A stretch of 64,000 nucleotides of DNA from Candidatus Aminicenantes bacterium. GTDB lineage: Bacteria > Acidobacteriota > Aminicenantia > Aminicenantales > Aminicenantaceae. Positions 18,466 to 28,653 of this stretch are shown here, piece by piece (position 1 is the first letter of the stretch; every line of letters starts with the position of its first letter). The position numbers and the translations under genes are program-made. The stretch covers positions 24,832-88,831 of the forward strand of contig DQWD01000185.1 in assembly GCA_011042725.1 (NCBI GenBank), read 5' to 3'. Below the pieces are notes generated by a model that did no database searches, had not been told where the DNA came from, and saw only the letters and a program-made list of their open reading frames with translations.

Positions 18466-19932
18466 GTGGAGACTCGAAAAATAGTTGGATTTTTCCTGGG
18501 CCCTAGCTGTTTCATCTTCATCTTCCTTTTCCCTCTCCTCCCTTCCAATCCAGTTGCCCATCATCTCCTGGCTATCTTTTTTCTAATTGTTATCTGGTGG
18601 ATCTGTGAACCCATCCCTATTCCGATCACTGCCCTTCTTATCCCTGTTTTTCTCATCATCTTTCAGATTACCTCTCCTCAAGAAGCCTTCGCTCCTTTTG
18701 CTCATCCTATCATTATGCTTTTTCTCGGCAGTTTCATCCTGGCCGAAGCAATGCATTTCCATGGCTTGGATCAAAAGCTAGCCTCTTTCCTTCTTTCTCG
18801 CCCAGCCTTGTCGGGCCGAAAATCTCGCCTTTTGCTCGCCGTGGTTTTAGTTTCCGCTGGACTCTCGCTGTGGGTGAGCAACACCGCCACCACCGCCATG
18901 ATGTTTCCTATCGTCCTCGGGCTCTTGCGTTCCCTCCAAAATCTTTCCGCTTCAGCCAAAGCCAAGGCTTCTTTAGGAATGGTCTTTCTTTTATCCACTG
19001 CCTACGCTGCCTCTATCGGGGGGATAGGGACACCCATTGGCAGCCCCCCTAATCTAATCGCTATAGGAATGATTGATAAATTTCTTCACTATCAAATGAC
19101 CTTTTTCCAATGGATGATCATCGGACTGACTATTTTCATTCCCATGATTCTCATTCTTTATATATTCATGAAATTTCAACTCAAGAGGGGCGGCGTTATT
19201 GACCAAATTGAGGATGATGAAAAACTGCTCCCTGTGCTTTCGCCGGGGTTAACAAGAGCTCAAAAGAATGTTTTGATAGCCTTTGGGATCACCGTAATTT
19301 TATGGGTAGGGCCAGGAGTAATAGCCTTAGTGGGGGGCAAACAAGCTTTTCTTTACCAGTGGTTTGCCCGTCACTTGCCTGAATCGGTGGCGGCACTGGT
19401 TGGAGCCAGTCTGTTATTCATTTTTCCGGTCAACGCCAAGAAAGCAGAGTTCACCCTGCCCCTAAGGCAAGCCTTAAGAATAGATTGGGGAACTCTCTTG
19501 CTTTTCGGGGGCGGGTTGTCCCTGGGCACCCAAATTTTTCAGACCGGGTTAGCCGAATCTATCGGTCACTTCTTCATCCCCTCTCAAAAAACCGTAAGCT
19601 TATCGCTAGTGACTTTGCTCACCATCATTCTCAGTGTGCTTTTAACTGAGGTAACCTCCAATACCGCCTCCGCCAACATGATCATCCCTATTGTCATCGC
19701 CATCTCTCAAACTGCCGGCATCAATCCCTTCCCTCCCGTTATCGCCTCGGCCATAGCCTGCAGCTTTGCTTTTCTCCTGCCCGTGGCCACTCCTCCCAAT
19801 GCCATTATCTTTGGCTCAAGATTAATCCCCCTCCCGCAAATGATAAAACACGGCTTCTGGATGGAAGTGGCCGGAATCATCGTTATTTTCCTCGGCGTGC
19901 GGTTCCTATTACCCCTTCTGAGGATAATTTAA
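18466..19932 (+). CDS. DASS/SLC13 anion:sodium symporter
   Basis: SNTATT, GTPIGSPPN, SNTASA, LPVATPPNAI motifs; highly hydrophobic; GTG start after AAGGAG. Confidence 0.93.
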   Translation: METRKIVGFFLGPSCFIFIFLFPLLPSNPVAHHLLAIFFLIVIWWICEPIPIPITALLIPVFLIIFQITSPQEAFAPFAHPIIMLFLGSFILAEAMHFHGLDQKLASFLLSRPALSGRKSRLLLAVVLVSAGLSLWVSNTATTAMMFPIVLGLLRSLQNLSASAKAKASLGMVFLLSTAYAASIGGIGTPIGSPPNLIAIGMIDKFLHYQMTFFQWMIIGLTIFIPMILILYIFMKFQLKRGGVIDQIEDDEKLLPVLSPGLTRAQKNVLIAFGITVILWVGPGVIALVGGKQAFLYQWFARHLPESVAALVGASLLFIFPVNAKKAEFTLPLRQALRIDWGTLLLFGGGLSLGTQIFQTGLAESIGHFFIPSQKTVSLSLVTLLTIILSVLLTEVTSNTASANMIIPIVIAISQTAGINPFPPVIASAIACSFAFLLPVATPPNAIIFGSRLIPLPQMIKHGFWMEVAGIIVIFLGVRFLLPLLRII

Positions 19933-20053
19933 TCTTATTTTATGATTTCCGTTCCTCAAGTATTGCTTTCTCAAGGACTCGCAGAAAAATAAATTTCTTA
20001 ACGGGAAAAAGAAAAAATTTTTTCCCCTGCCTGTTTTTGTTATAATAAATTCA

Positions 20054-20452
20054 ATGTTTGTCTATCTCAGCGATGAGGCTCGAGAATATTTCTCATCGCT
20101 GGCTACCTGTTCGTTGAACGAAAATCCTAACGGATTCCTCCTCGGACACAAAAGAGGCTCGAGTTTTATCGTCGAGAGAGGAGTACCCGGCCGGAAAAAC
20201 TTATTTGACTCTCCCCAAGAATTTAGCAACTTAATCCAATCTTTCCCTAGGCAACTTATTGGTTTTTACACCTTAAGCCCCCCTTCCCAATGGGCCAGCA
20301 AACTCTTTCAGCCCATCACGGCCGGATTACTTTTACTCCAGCTAGAAATCAAGGCCATTAAAAAAATTAATTATCATCCTTATCTTATCGATTTTGAAGG
20401 ACATTTTTCTTATAAAAAATTGAATATAGTCTCATTCCAAGAAGGGGAATAA
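20054..20452 (+). CDS. Hypothetical protein, JAB/MPN-like fold lacking metal ligands
   Basis: NGFLLG...FIVE and LIGFY resemble JAB strands but no HxH...D; its 3' end carries the SD for the next gene. Confidence 0.55.
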   Translation: MFVYLSDEAREYFSSLATCSLNENPNGFLLGHKRGSSFIVERGVPGRKNLFDSPQEFSNLIQSFPRQLIGFYTLSPPSQWASKLFQPITAGLLLLQLEIKAIKKINYHPYLIDFEGHFSYKKLNIVSFQEGE

Positions 20453-20454
20453 GC

Positions 20455-21003
20455 ATGCCTTCTGCTTTATCTGCGTCTCAAAAAAAATTCCTCTTGGACT
20501 TAGCCCGTCAAGCAATCGAACATTATTTAAAGGAAAAAAAGACAATCTCCATTGTGCCTGAAGATAAAGAGCTCAATCAAAAGCGAGGAGCTTTTGTCAC
20601 CTTAAAAAACAGAGATCAACTGCGGGGTTGCATTGGTTATCCTCTACCTCTAAAACCTCTTTACCAAACCATAATTGATGCCGCCATCGCTGCGGCTACT
20701 CAAGATTATCGTTTCCCTCCCCTCACTTTGCCTGAGCTTCAACAAATCAAGATTGAAATTTCCGTTTTAACCCTTCCCCGGCGGGTAAAAGATCCGCAGG
20801 AAATCGAAGTCGGGCGCCACGGTCTAATTATTTCCAAAGGCTTCCATAAAGGATTATTGCTACCCCAAGTACCTGGGGAATGGGGATGGGATCGAGAAAC
20901 TTTTCTTCGTCACACTTGCCTAAAAGCAGGATTAGCTGAAGACGAGTGGCAAAAAGGAGCAACTATTGAAGTTTTCGAAGCCGAAGTCTTTGCCGAAGAT
21001 TAA
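20455..21003 (+). CDS. amrA: AmmeMemoRadiSam system protein A (AMMECR1 family)
   Basis: RGAFVTL, LRGCIG, DYRFPPL, IEISVLT, GLLLPQV, CLKAG. Confidence 0.92.
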   Translation: MPSALSASQKKFLLDLARQAIEHYLKEKKTISIVPEDKELNQKRGAFVTLKNRDQLRGCIGYPLPLKPLYQTIIDAAIAAATQDYRFPPLTLPELQQIKIEISVLTLPRRVKDPQEIEVGRHGLIISKGFHKGLLLPQVPGEWGWDRETFLRHTCLKAGLAEDEWQKGATIEVFEAEVFAED

Positions 21004-21004
21004 C

Positions 21005-21769
21005 TTATTTCTGGCGAAATTTTTTATTCTGCAGAAGTTGTCTGGCCGCCTCTTGACAAGCACGAACATCAGAAATCCAGCGGGGGTCATCTTTCAGGCT
21101 CAGGACGAATTCAAGCTCTTGGCGAGCTTTGGCTACTTCGTCCAGGGTTAGATAAGTTTCAGCTAAATAAAGGCAAGCGAGTGGATCCTCCGGCCCTATT
21201 TCCTTCGCCTTAAGCAGGTGTTCTAAAGATTTTTCTTTGCTTCCCCCGGCAAATCCAGGCAACTTAAAATAGACCCTGCCTAAGACCTTGTCGGCTCCCC
21301 CCGCTTCGTAGCTGCGGTCAAGCTCAATAACTTTGTTCATCTCTCTTTTAATGGGTTTAACTAGGGAAAGACTCTTTAAAACACCTCGAACTTCTCCATA
21401 TTTTCCATAATTAACCCCTAGCCAATAATGACCTTCGGGTCGGTTGGGTTCTAATTCAATAGCGCGTTCGCCGTAATAAATCCCCTGGGAGAAATAGGAC
21501 TTTTTCTCCTTTTTCTTCTCCGAATGATCGCCAATATAGTAAAGAATGCGGCTTATTCGCCAGAAAGCTTCATACTTATTGTCCAGTAAAGCTGCTGCCT
21601 TCCTGTATTTACTCAAGGCTGCTTTAGCAGTTTCCATGTCCGTCATCTCTTGGTAAAAAGCATCCCCTTCGGCCAAAAGTTCCTCGGCACTTTGAGCTCT
21701 AACTAGGAAGGTCCCGAAGACAATAAACATGATCCAGAGTAAATTCAGAGCAATTTTTTTGCCACCCAT
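21005..21769 (-). CDS. Secreted TPR protein (TatT-component-like)
   Basis: Signal peptide; GHYWLGVNYG, LGRVYFKLPGFAGGSKEKSLEHL. Confidence 0.7.
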   Translation of the reverse strand: MGGKKIALNLLWIMFIVFGTFLVRAQSAEELLAEGDAFYQEMTDMETAKAALSKYRKAAALLDNKYEAFWRISRILYYIGDHSEKKKEKKSYFSQGIYYGERAIELEPNRPEGHYWLGVNYGKYGEVRGVLKSLSLVKPIKREMNKVIELDRSYEAGGADKVLGRVYFKLPGFAGGSKEKSLEHLLKAKEIGPEDPLACLYLAETYLTLDEVAKARQELEFVLSLKDDPRWISDVRACQEAARQLLQNKKFRQK

Positions 21770-21904
21770 AATTTTTAGCTCCTTATAAATTTTTATTAGA
21801 TTAAACTATGCTCTTTAACTTGTGTCAACGAAAATATTTCTCTTTTCCTCTTCTTTCTTGGGGCCAACATTGCCCCCCAGCCCCTCCTTTCGGAAGCCTA
21901 ACCA

Positions 21905-22567
21905 TCATCTCCGGAAATAGTTATCACTGAGACGGTCAATCTCCCGAAGCATGCTCTCTACGCGACGACGCTCTTCTTCCAATCTCTCTTCGTCTAAATT
22001 TGAAGGGAGTTGATAAGGTTTTCCATAAATAACCACGGTCTTCGCCAAGGGATAAGGGATAAAAAACTTGTCCCAACTGGCCAAATACTTTCCTCGGGCG
22101 GCAGAGAAAGATACGGGCACCAAAAAAGCTCCCGTCTCCCGAGCTAGTTTTAAAGCCCCTTCTTTCATTTGGCGGTCGGGCCCCCGGGGTCCATCGGGAA
22201 CAATAATTAACCCTCCTCCTTCTTGAAGCTCCGCCTTCATTCTTTTCCAAGCCCTCACCACACTATGGGAGCTTGAACCGCGGAGAATTTTGTATCCCCA
22301 CCCGGCCATAATCCGGGCCGCAATTTCTCCGTCTTGACTAGGGCTAATCAAGGGCATTAAATTTTGAAACCGGAAAAAATAGGGAACCAAAAAGATCCGT
22401 CCATGCCAAATCAAGATTATTACCGGCTTTTTTTCCTGACGCAATTGCCGGTAGGCCTCTTCACCAATGGTTTTTATTCTTAAGGAACGCCCCCAAAGCC
22501 CCATAATAATCCGGCCCCCTATCCCGACAAATCGCCACTTCAATTTCTGCTTCCAAGTCATGGTCAT
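21905..22567 (-). CDS. DUF374 / lysophospholipid acyltransferase family protein
   Basis: IWHG, ISPSQDGE, RGSS, PDGPRGP, SWDKFFIPYP. Confidence 0.88.
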   Translation of the reverse strand: MTMTWKQKLKWRFVGIGGRIIMGLWGRSLRIKTIGEEAYRQLRQEKKPVIILIWHGRIFLVPYFFRFQNLMPLISPSQDGEIAARIMAGWGYKILRGSSSHSVVRAWKRMKAELQEGGGLIIVPDGPRGPDRQMKEGALKLARETGAFLVPVSFSAARGKYLASWDKFFIPYPLAKTVVIYGKPYQLPSNLDEERLEEERRRVESMLREIDRLSDNYFRR

Positions 22568-23018
22568 TTATCTTCCGTTATCTTAATTAATTACCATTGA
22601 GGAGTAAAGTTGTTTTCCTCAGAGCTAAGTCTGGCCTAAGCATCTAAATAATTATAACTTAACTAGAGTAACCATATCGCTAGCCTGGAGAGCCAAAGCC
22701 AGTAGAAGAGTTTCGTTTTCCTTGACAAGACTGGTAATCAACCCTGATCTTCCTAGTAAATTACATTATATTTTTATTTTTTGTAGCTCCCGGTTACGTT
22801 CTATTTTTTAGAATCATAAATCCGAACTTTTTCCCTCTGCCATTTTCGGCTGCGTCCAGGTGCTAAACGACTAAATTAGGCCCCTTACTTCTTTCTTCTC
22901 AGCTAGTTTAATTAAAGGGCTATTTTTGGCTGGCCACTTAGTGGAGAGTCCCTCATGATTAATCTTAACTTCTCCAAAATTGCCTCTCTCGCCTCTTATT
23001 TGGTATAAAAGACTAGCA

Positions 23019-24434
23019 ATGGACATGATTCTTTTGGTAGCTTTGTTCCTTTATCTGTTTTTGGTCCTCGGATTACCCTTCATCTCTAAAGCAAAACTTA
23101 AAACAACTGAAGACTTCTTTCTAGCCGGACGCCATCTTTCTTCCTCGCTCGTTTATTTTTCCTTGACTGCCTCGTGGATTGGAGCCACTTCGACTCTTGT
23201 GGCCACAGATGAAGCTTGGCGCCAAGGGCTCAGCTCGCTCTGGATCATGGCTGCTCCAACAATCATAACGGTGATGATTTTCGCTCTTTTCCTTGTCAAA
23301 CCTCTCCGGAAATTAGAATTTGTCTCCTTGCCTGATTTAATCGAAGCTCGTTATGGCCGGTTCGTCCGCCACTTGGTAGCCTTACTTATCATCTGGTATA
23401 TGATCCTTCTAGCTGCCGCCCAATTAGTGGCCGGAGGAAAACTACTCGCCCACATTTTGGCCCTCGATTATATTCCCTCCCTCCTGATCATCATCTTGGT
23501 AGTTCTCCTTTACTCGGCCCGCGGCGGCCTCTTTTCGGTTGCCCTGACCGATGCCTGCCAATCTGTTCTTATCTTCGGAGGAATACTCTTGTTAGCTCTT
23601 CTCTGGCGGCCATCCTCTCCCGGGAACACCCTCCCCCTTTTCTCGGCTAATGGAGCAAGCAATTATCTTAATCCTTTCTTTAATTTCAAGAATAACTTTC
23701 TTATTTGTTTATCTTTTGTCTTGGCTTGGGTCATCTCCCCCATAACATGGCAACGGATTCAAGCAGCGCCCTCGGCTCCAGCCGCTCGTCGAAGTCTGTG
23801 GTTGACCATCCCCACCTTTTTTCTTTTTTTTAGCATGGTTATGTTAATTGGCTTTAAGATACCAAAACTAAATTCTTTTCTTCCTGACTCGCTAGATTCC
23901 GCTCCTCTCTTGGTTCAACTTATCAAATCATCTCTTTCCCCTTCCCTCAAAGTGCTCCTCTTTATTGGCATCCTGGCGGCAATCATGTCTACTCTAGACA
24001 CCGCCATCAATACCGGCGCCCTTTCCTTAACCCAAGACGTATTTCTCCAGATGAAGAAATTTTCCTCGATGCCCATCCTTCTTCTTTCTCGGGGAGCCAC
24101 CATTTTAATTGGTCTTCTCGCTCTAGCCATCGCCAGTCAACTCCAAACCATCCTCCAATCCATGGGCTTAGCTTCCGAAATCATGGCCGAAGGACTATTC
24201 ATTCCCGGAATAACCATGCTTTTTTTAAACAAAAAATTGCCCTGGGCGGGATTACTTTCCTTGAGTGGAGGGGGGTGTTTTGCCTTGGTAGGGTTTCTAG
24301 TCCAGATAAAAGTTATTCCGCTTAACTGGCCGCTTTGGCCCGCCAGCCTTCCTTGGGGATTAGCATTTTGCCTGGGCGGCTTCGGCCTCGGTCTAATAAT
24401 CGACATGTATTGCTTACCTAGAAGAATAGAATAA
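23019..24434 (+). CDS. Sodium:solute symporter (SSS) family protein
   Basis: EDFFLAGR, ASWIGA, GGLFSVALTD, WQRIQAA, AAIMSTLD; start set at ATG 23019. Confidence 0.9.
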   Translation: MDMILLVALFLYLFLVLGLPFISKAKLKTTEDFFLAGRHLSSSLVYFSLTASWIGATSTLVATDEAWRQGLSSLWIMAAPTIITVMIFALFLVKPLRKLEFVSLPDLIEARYGRFVRHLVALLIIWYMILLAAAQLVAGGKLLAHILALDYIPSLLIIILVVLLYSARGGLFSVALTDACQSVLIFGGILLLALLWRPSSPGNTLPLFSANGASNYLNPFFNFKNNFLICLSFVLAWVISPITWQRIQAAPSAPAARRSLWLTIPTFFLFFSMVMLIGFKIPKLNSFLPDSLDSAPLLVQLIKSSLSPSLKVLLFIGILAAIMSTLDTAINTGALSLTQDVFLQMKKFSSMPILLLSRGATILIGLLALAIASQLQTILQSMGLASEIMAEGLFIPGITMLFLNKKLPWAGLLSLSGGGCFALVGFLVQIKVIPLNWPLWPASLPWGLAFCLGGFGLGLIIDMYCLPRRIE

Positions 24435-24454
24435 ATATGGTATAATCAACGTAA

Positions 24455-25084
24455 ATGTTATGGTTGTTCTGGATTATATGGCTTATGGTTACTCCCCAAG
24501 CTTCTCCCTCTCTCATCCAACAAATTGAATCCCATCTTCAATCTTATCAAAGTCTCCAGGCCCGGTTTGAACAAACATATACTCCAGTTATCGTCAGCGA
24601 ACCTTCCCAAGAGAGCGGTCGCCTTTACTATCGCCAGCCAGGGTTAATGCGCTGGGAATATTCAGGGCGTGAAAAAAGAATATATCTGATTAAAGACAAT
24701 ATACTTTGGGAATATCTACCCAAAGAAAATCAACTCATCATCTACGACTTGAGCTCCGAGGAATTTAACCAGACCCTGCTAAACCTTCTTTCTGGTCAAA
24801 TTGATTTGGCCAAGGATTACCAAATTTCCGTAGCTGAATCATCCTCTCCGAGGCAAACAAGAATCACTCTTCTTCCTCATTATGAAGAAAGCGAATATAG
24901 AAAAATCGAAATAGAGATAGACACTCAAGATTTTCTCCTCCGGACAATAAAATTTACCGACTGGAGCGGCAATAAAACGGATTTTAAATTCAAAGACATT
25001 AAGATCAATCGACCGCTGAAAAAAAATTTATTCCAGCTAGAAGTACCCGAAAGCACCGAAATAATCGATTACCGCCAAAAGTGA
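24455..25084 (+). CDS. lolA: Outer membrane lipoprotein carrier LolA
   Basis: SLQARFEQ, SGRLYYRQPGLMRWEY; signal peptide. Confidence 0.85.
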   Translation: MLWLFWIIWLMVTPQASPSLIQQIESHLQSYQSLQARFEQTYTPVIVSEPSQESGRLYYRQPGLMRWEYSGREKRIYLIKDNILWEYLPKENQLIIYDLSSEEFNQTLLNLLSGQIDLAKDYQISVAESSSPRQTRITLLPHYEESEYRKIEIEIDTQDFLLRTIKFTDWSGNKTDFKFKDIKINRPLKKNLFQLEVPESTEIIDYRQK

Positions 25085-25101
25085 GTAAACCTTCTTTTCC
25101 T

Positions 25102-25127
25102 CCAAACCCAAAAACGTCTTTTTCGTA
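25102..25127 (+). promoter_or_regulatory. ECF (SigW-like) promoter, probably autoregulatory
   Basis: CCAAAC-N16-CGTA 27 nt upstream of the ECF sigma ATG; resembles the B. subtilis SigW consensus TGAAAC-N16-CGTA. Confidence 0.6.
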
Positions 25128-25154
25128 TAAATCTTTGAGGGCAGGAAGTCCTCG

Positions 25155-25715
25155 ATGAACGATGAACGAGAATATATTCTTAAATCTCTCGACGGTAATC
25201 AGGAAGCCTTTGCTATGATTATCCAAAAATACCAGACTCCTCTTCTTAATTATGTCGGACGGATGGTTAAAGATAAAGAAACAGCCTTGGATCTTCTCCA
25301 AGAAATCTTCCTTAAAATCTTCACTTCTCTTCGCCAGTACAAACCGCATTATCCCTTCCGGACTTGGATTTTTAAGATTGCTTCTAATCATGTCATCGAT
25401 TTTTGGCGAAAACGACGAGTTGAAACTTATTCTCTTGACGATGAAGAAAACCACGGCTTCTCTCTTCTGCAAGTATTACCCTTACAGGAGAAATCAGTCG
25501 CCAGAAAATACGAGCTTCACCAGTTGAGGAAAAAGATTGAGCAAGCCTTGCAAAAATTGCCAGCTTCTTTGAGGGAGCTTTTCATCTGGCGCTACATCAA
25601 CGAGCTTAGTTACGAAGAAATTGCCGAAATCAAAAACCTTCCCTTGGGAACCGTAAAAAATAGAATTTTCCAGGCCAAAGAAAAATTACGTCTCTTGCTG
25701 GAGAAAGAAGAGTGA
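25155..25715 (+). CDS. ECF RNA polymerase sigma factor
   Basis: DLLQEIFLK, FRTWIFKIASN, LSYEEIAEIKNLPLGTVKNRIFQAK. Confidence 0.93.
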   Translation: MNDEREYILKSLDGNQEAFAMIIQKYQTPLLNYVGRMVKDKETALDLLQEIFLKIFTSLRQYKPHYPFRTWIFKIASNHVIDFWRKRRVETYSLDDEENHGFSLLQVLPLQEKSVARKYELHQLRKKIEQALQKLPASLRELFIWRYINELSYEEIAEIKNLPLGTVKNRIFQAKEKLRLLLEKEE

Positions 25716-26284
25716 AGTGCCTTGATCCAGAAACAATCTATCTTTTCCTTGAGGAAGGGCTTCCCTCTTCCGACGCCAAAGATGTCCAAGCCCATCTTGA
25801 TACTTGCCCGCGCTGTCAACTACTTCTGGAAGACCGCGCCCACTTTCTGGAAGCAATAAAAAGCCTACCCCGTTGGCAACCCCCACCTGATTTTACAGAT
25901 CAAGTCTTGGCTAAAATTTTTCGACCTCGCCTGGACTCTCAGAGAGTCATCTTTAGTGCTTTAGGTCTTCTTGTTTTCTTCTCTCTCTGCTTCCTAACCT
26001 TGGTTGTCCTCACTGGTCCTTATTTTTTGCGAACTCTATCCTCTTTCTCCCACCAACTATTTGTGGGCGGAGAAGCTTGTCTGCTTTTTCTAGTTAAAGC
26101 CGGCAAGGTTATTATCATTTTTTCCAAACTGGGATTAAATTTTCTCCAGCAGGGAAGGGAAATTTTGAGTTTGTTGTTCTCTTGGGAAAGACTGGGAGTC
26201 ATACCGATGATCTTAAGCTCTTTTTTCTGGCTATCTATTTTTGCTCTCTGGGCTTTCCGAAGAAAATTATTTTTAGGAGCTTGA
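25712..26284 (+). CDS. Zinc-binding (zf-HC2) membrane anti-sigma factor
   Basis: HLDTCPRC (HxxxCxxC), PPPDFTDQVL, C-terminal TM segments; GTGA overlap with sigma gene. Confidence 0.88.
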   Translation: MKCLDPETIYLFLEEGLPSSDAKDVQAHLDTCPRCQLLLEDRAHFLEAIKSLPRWQPPPDFTDQVLAKIFRPRLDSQRVIFSALGLLVFFSLCFLTLVVLTGPYFLRTLSSFSHQLFVGGEACLLFLVKAGKVIIIFSKLGLNFLQQGREILSLLFSWERLGVIPMILSSFFWLSIFALWAFRRKLFLGA

Positions 26285-26285
26285 G

Positions 26286-27191
26286 ATGAAAAAAAATAGA
26301 ACTAGATTGATTATTTCCCTCTTCTTGGTGCTTGGGATCAGCTGGCCCCTTTTCGCCCAAGGTGTAATTCTGAAAAGGGATATTCACATAAAAAAAAGCG
26401 ACCAACAAGATAACGTCATTAGTTTTGGAGGCCAGATAGTTGTTGAAGGAAAAGTCCGGGAAAGTGTCATCGCTTTCGGAGGAAAAATAATTATTTCTGG
26501 AGAAGTTGACAATGCCGTGGTCGGAATTGGGGCCGAAATTATTCTCCATCCCACTGCCTACATTCATGGGGATTTGGTGTCCATCGGGGGAAGTATCAAT
26601 CGCGATCCCCAGGCGATAATCGACGGAGATACTATCTTTTTTGAGACTTCCGAAGAATTGTGGAATTCAATCAAAACTGCTTTAGGGGGGCTTTTTGGCC
26701 TTTCGTTTATTCCTTTTATCCTCCTGGTTAAGCTTTTTTCTCTTATCGTCTGGCTAATCATTGCCTTACTCCTCGCATTGCTTTTTCCCCGCCAGGTAGT
26801 GGCTTCAGCCCAGGAAATAAGGAGAAATTTCTGGCCGGTGTTTGGGATTGGCTTTTTAAGCATAATTATTTTTGCTGGCTTAATTATCTCCGCGGCTTTG
26901 CTTTCTTTGATTTTGATCGGCATTCCCCTGCTTATAATTCTTATTTTCTTGGGAATAGCTCTTAAGCTATTCAGCCGAGTAGTTATCTATATCTTCTTTG
27001 GAGAAAGTCTAACTCGAGCTCTTGGCTCCCGGAATCCGGCTTTGATTCTGCAAGTCATTGTTGGTTTCCTCTTCGTCAGTATAGTAACTTTTATTCCTCT
27101 TTGCGGGTCCCTGGTCGCTTTTATTTTCAATATCATGGGGTGGGGAGCCGTAATCAAATCCAGATTTGGGACGAGATCAACCTTGAGCTAA
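26286..27191 (+). CDS. Membrane protein with N-terminal bactofilin-like beta-solenoid repeats
   Basis: Signal peptide, repeats VISFGGQIVVEG/VIAFGGKIIISG/VVGIGAEIIL/LVSIGGSINR, then about 6 TM helices. Confidence 0.75.
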   Translation: MKKNRTRLIISLFLVLGISWPLFAQGVILKRDIHIKKSDQQDNVISFGGQIVVEGKVRESVIAFGGKIIISGEVDNAVVGIGAEIILHPTAYIHGDLVSIGGSINRDPQAIIDGDTIFFETSEELWNSIKTALGGLFGLSFIPFILLVKLFSLIVWLIIALLLALLFPRQVVASAQEIRRNFWPVFGIGFLSIIIFAGLIISAALLSLILIGIPLLIILIFLGIALKLFSRVVIYIFFGESLTRALGSRNPALILQVIVGFLFVSIVTFIPLCGSLVAFIFNIMGWGAVIKSRFGTRSTLS

Positions 27192-27313
27192 TATCCAATA
27201 GGCGAGATCGCTAACTTCGGAGTTTATCCTCTAAGAGATACCCCTCAGGGAAAAAGATGATAAAGTGCTTAAGCTAATTTAAGGAGATGATTTTATTTTA
27301 AGTCAATTGTTAG

Positions 27314-27877
27314 CTAAATCTCTAAAATTTCTTTTTCTTTCTGTTTAGCCAATTCTTCGGCTTTCTTAGTGTACTCATCCATTAATTCCTGCAACTGGTC
27401 TAATCCCCGGTATTTGTCGTCTTCGGTAATTTCCTTGTCTTTCTCCAACTGTTCTATCGTTTCTTTTGTTTCTCGTCGCATATTCCGCAGCGCGGTTCTT
27501 TCTTCTTCCAACATCTTCCGAATATATTTAGCCAATTCTTTTCGCCTTTCTTCATCCAAAGGAGGTACCGGTATCTTCAGCATTTTTCCGTCATTAACGG
27601 GATTAAAGCCTAAATCAGCTGCCCTGATGGCTTTCTCAATGGCTTCCAAAGAAGTGGGATCATAGGGCTGGACAGTAATTAAGGTGGCCTCGGGAATACC
27701 CAGAGTAGCTATTTGATTAATTGGTGTTTGCGTTCCATAGTAATCTATTTTTATGTCCTCGAAGATACTTAAATTTGCTCTTCCAGTACGCAACTTTCCC
27801 AATTCTCGACGGAAATGTTCAACGGAAAATTTCATCCTTTTTTCTAATTCTCGGAGTTCTTCCTTCACTTTTTCCAT
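27314..27877 (-). CDS. frr: Ribosome recycling factor
   Basis: LRTGRAN, YYGTQTPINQIA, NPVNDG, PPLDEERRKELAK. Confidence 0.97.
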   Translation of the reverse strand: MEKVKEELRELEKRMKFSVEHFRRELGKLRTGRANLSIFEDIKIDYYGTQTPINQIATLGIPEATLITVQPYDPTSLEAIEKAIRAADLGFNPVNDGKMLKIPVPPLDEERRKELAKYIRKMLEEERTALRNMRRETKETIEQLEKDKEITEDDKYRGLDQLQELMDEYTKKAEELAKQKEKEILEI

Positions 27878-27924
27878 TTCTCTCCTTCCTCCTTTTCCCT
27901 AGATTTAATTCACTTCGAGTTTCC

Positions 27925-28644
27925 TCAATGGATAATGGTTCCTACCCGATCACCCTTCACTGCGGCGACAATATTTCCTTTCTTTTTGAGGTTAAAAACA
28001 ATAATCGGAAGATTATGTTCCTTACATAAAGATATGGCGGTAGTATCCATAACCAGGAGATTTTGATTGATAACTTCCAGATAACTTATTTCCGAGAAAA
28101 ATTTTGCCTGGGGGTCTTGAACGGGGTCGGCCGAATAAACTCCATCCACTTTCGTTGCCTTCAGGATAGCTTCAGCCTCAATTTCCAAGGCTCGCAAAGC
28201 AGCGGCGGTATCGGTGGTAAAGAAAGGACTACCAATACCGGCGCTGAAGATAATAACTCGGCCCTTTTCCAAATGACGAAGAACACGCCGACGGACGAAA
28301 GGCTCCGCCACTGCTTTTACTTCAATGGCGGAAACATGACGGGTCACTAACCCTTCTCTTTCTAAGGCTTCTTGCAGAGCAACGGCATTGATAACCGTTG
28401 CCAAAAGTCCCATGTAATCCGCAGAAACCCTCTCCATCCCTTCTTTGGCCCCTTTTATTCCCCGAAAAATATTCCCTCCCCCGATCATAATCGCCACCTG
28501 AGTTCCCAGCGCATGAACTTGGCTTATTTCTTGGGCAATCCGGCGGACGACGTTCAAATCAATCCCATAGGGCTTGTCACCAAGGAAAGATTCCCCCGAC
28601 AGCTTTAGCAAAACTCTATTATAAGCGACGCCAGTCGAACTCAT
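27925..28644 (-). CDS. pyrH: UMP kinase
   Basis: RVLLKLSGE, GGGNIFRG, ADYMGLLAT, PFFTTDTAAALRA. Confidence 0.97.
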   Translation of the reverse strand: MSSTGVAYNRVLLKLSGESFLGDKPYGIDLNVVRRIAQEISQVHALGTQVAIMIGGGNIFRGIKGAKEGMERVSADYMGLLATVINAVALQEALEREGLVTRHVSAIEVKAVAEPFVRRRVLRHLEKGRVIIFSAGIGSPFFTTDTAAALRALEIEAEAILKATKVDGVYSADPVQDPQAKFFSEISYLEVINQNLLVMDTTAISLCKEHNLPIIVFNLKKKGNIVAAVKGDRVGTIIH

Positions 28645-28653
28645 TCTTGACGA

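Noticed and set aside
22568..23018. Riboswitch upstream of the SSS symporter
   Set aside because: No TPP, SAM, cobalamin, FMN or glycine consensus seen, and a promoter-like element lies just before the start
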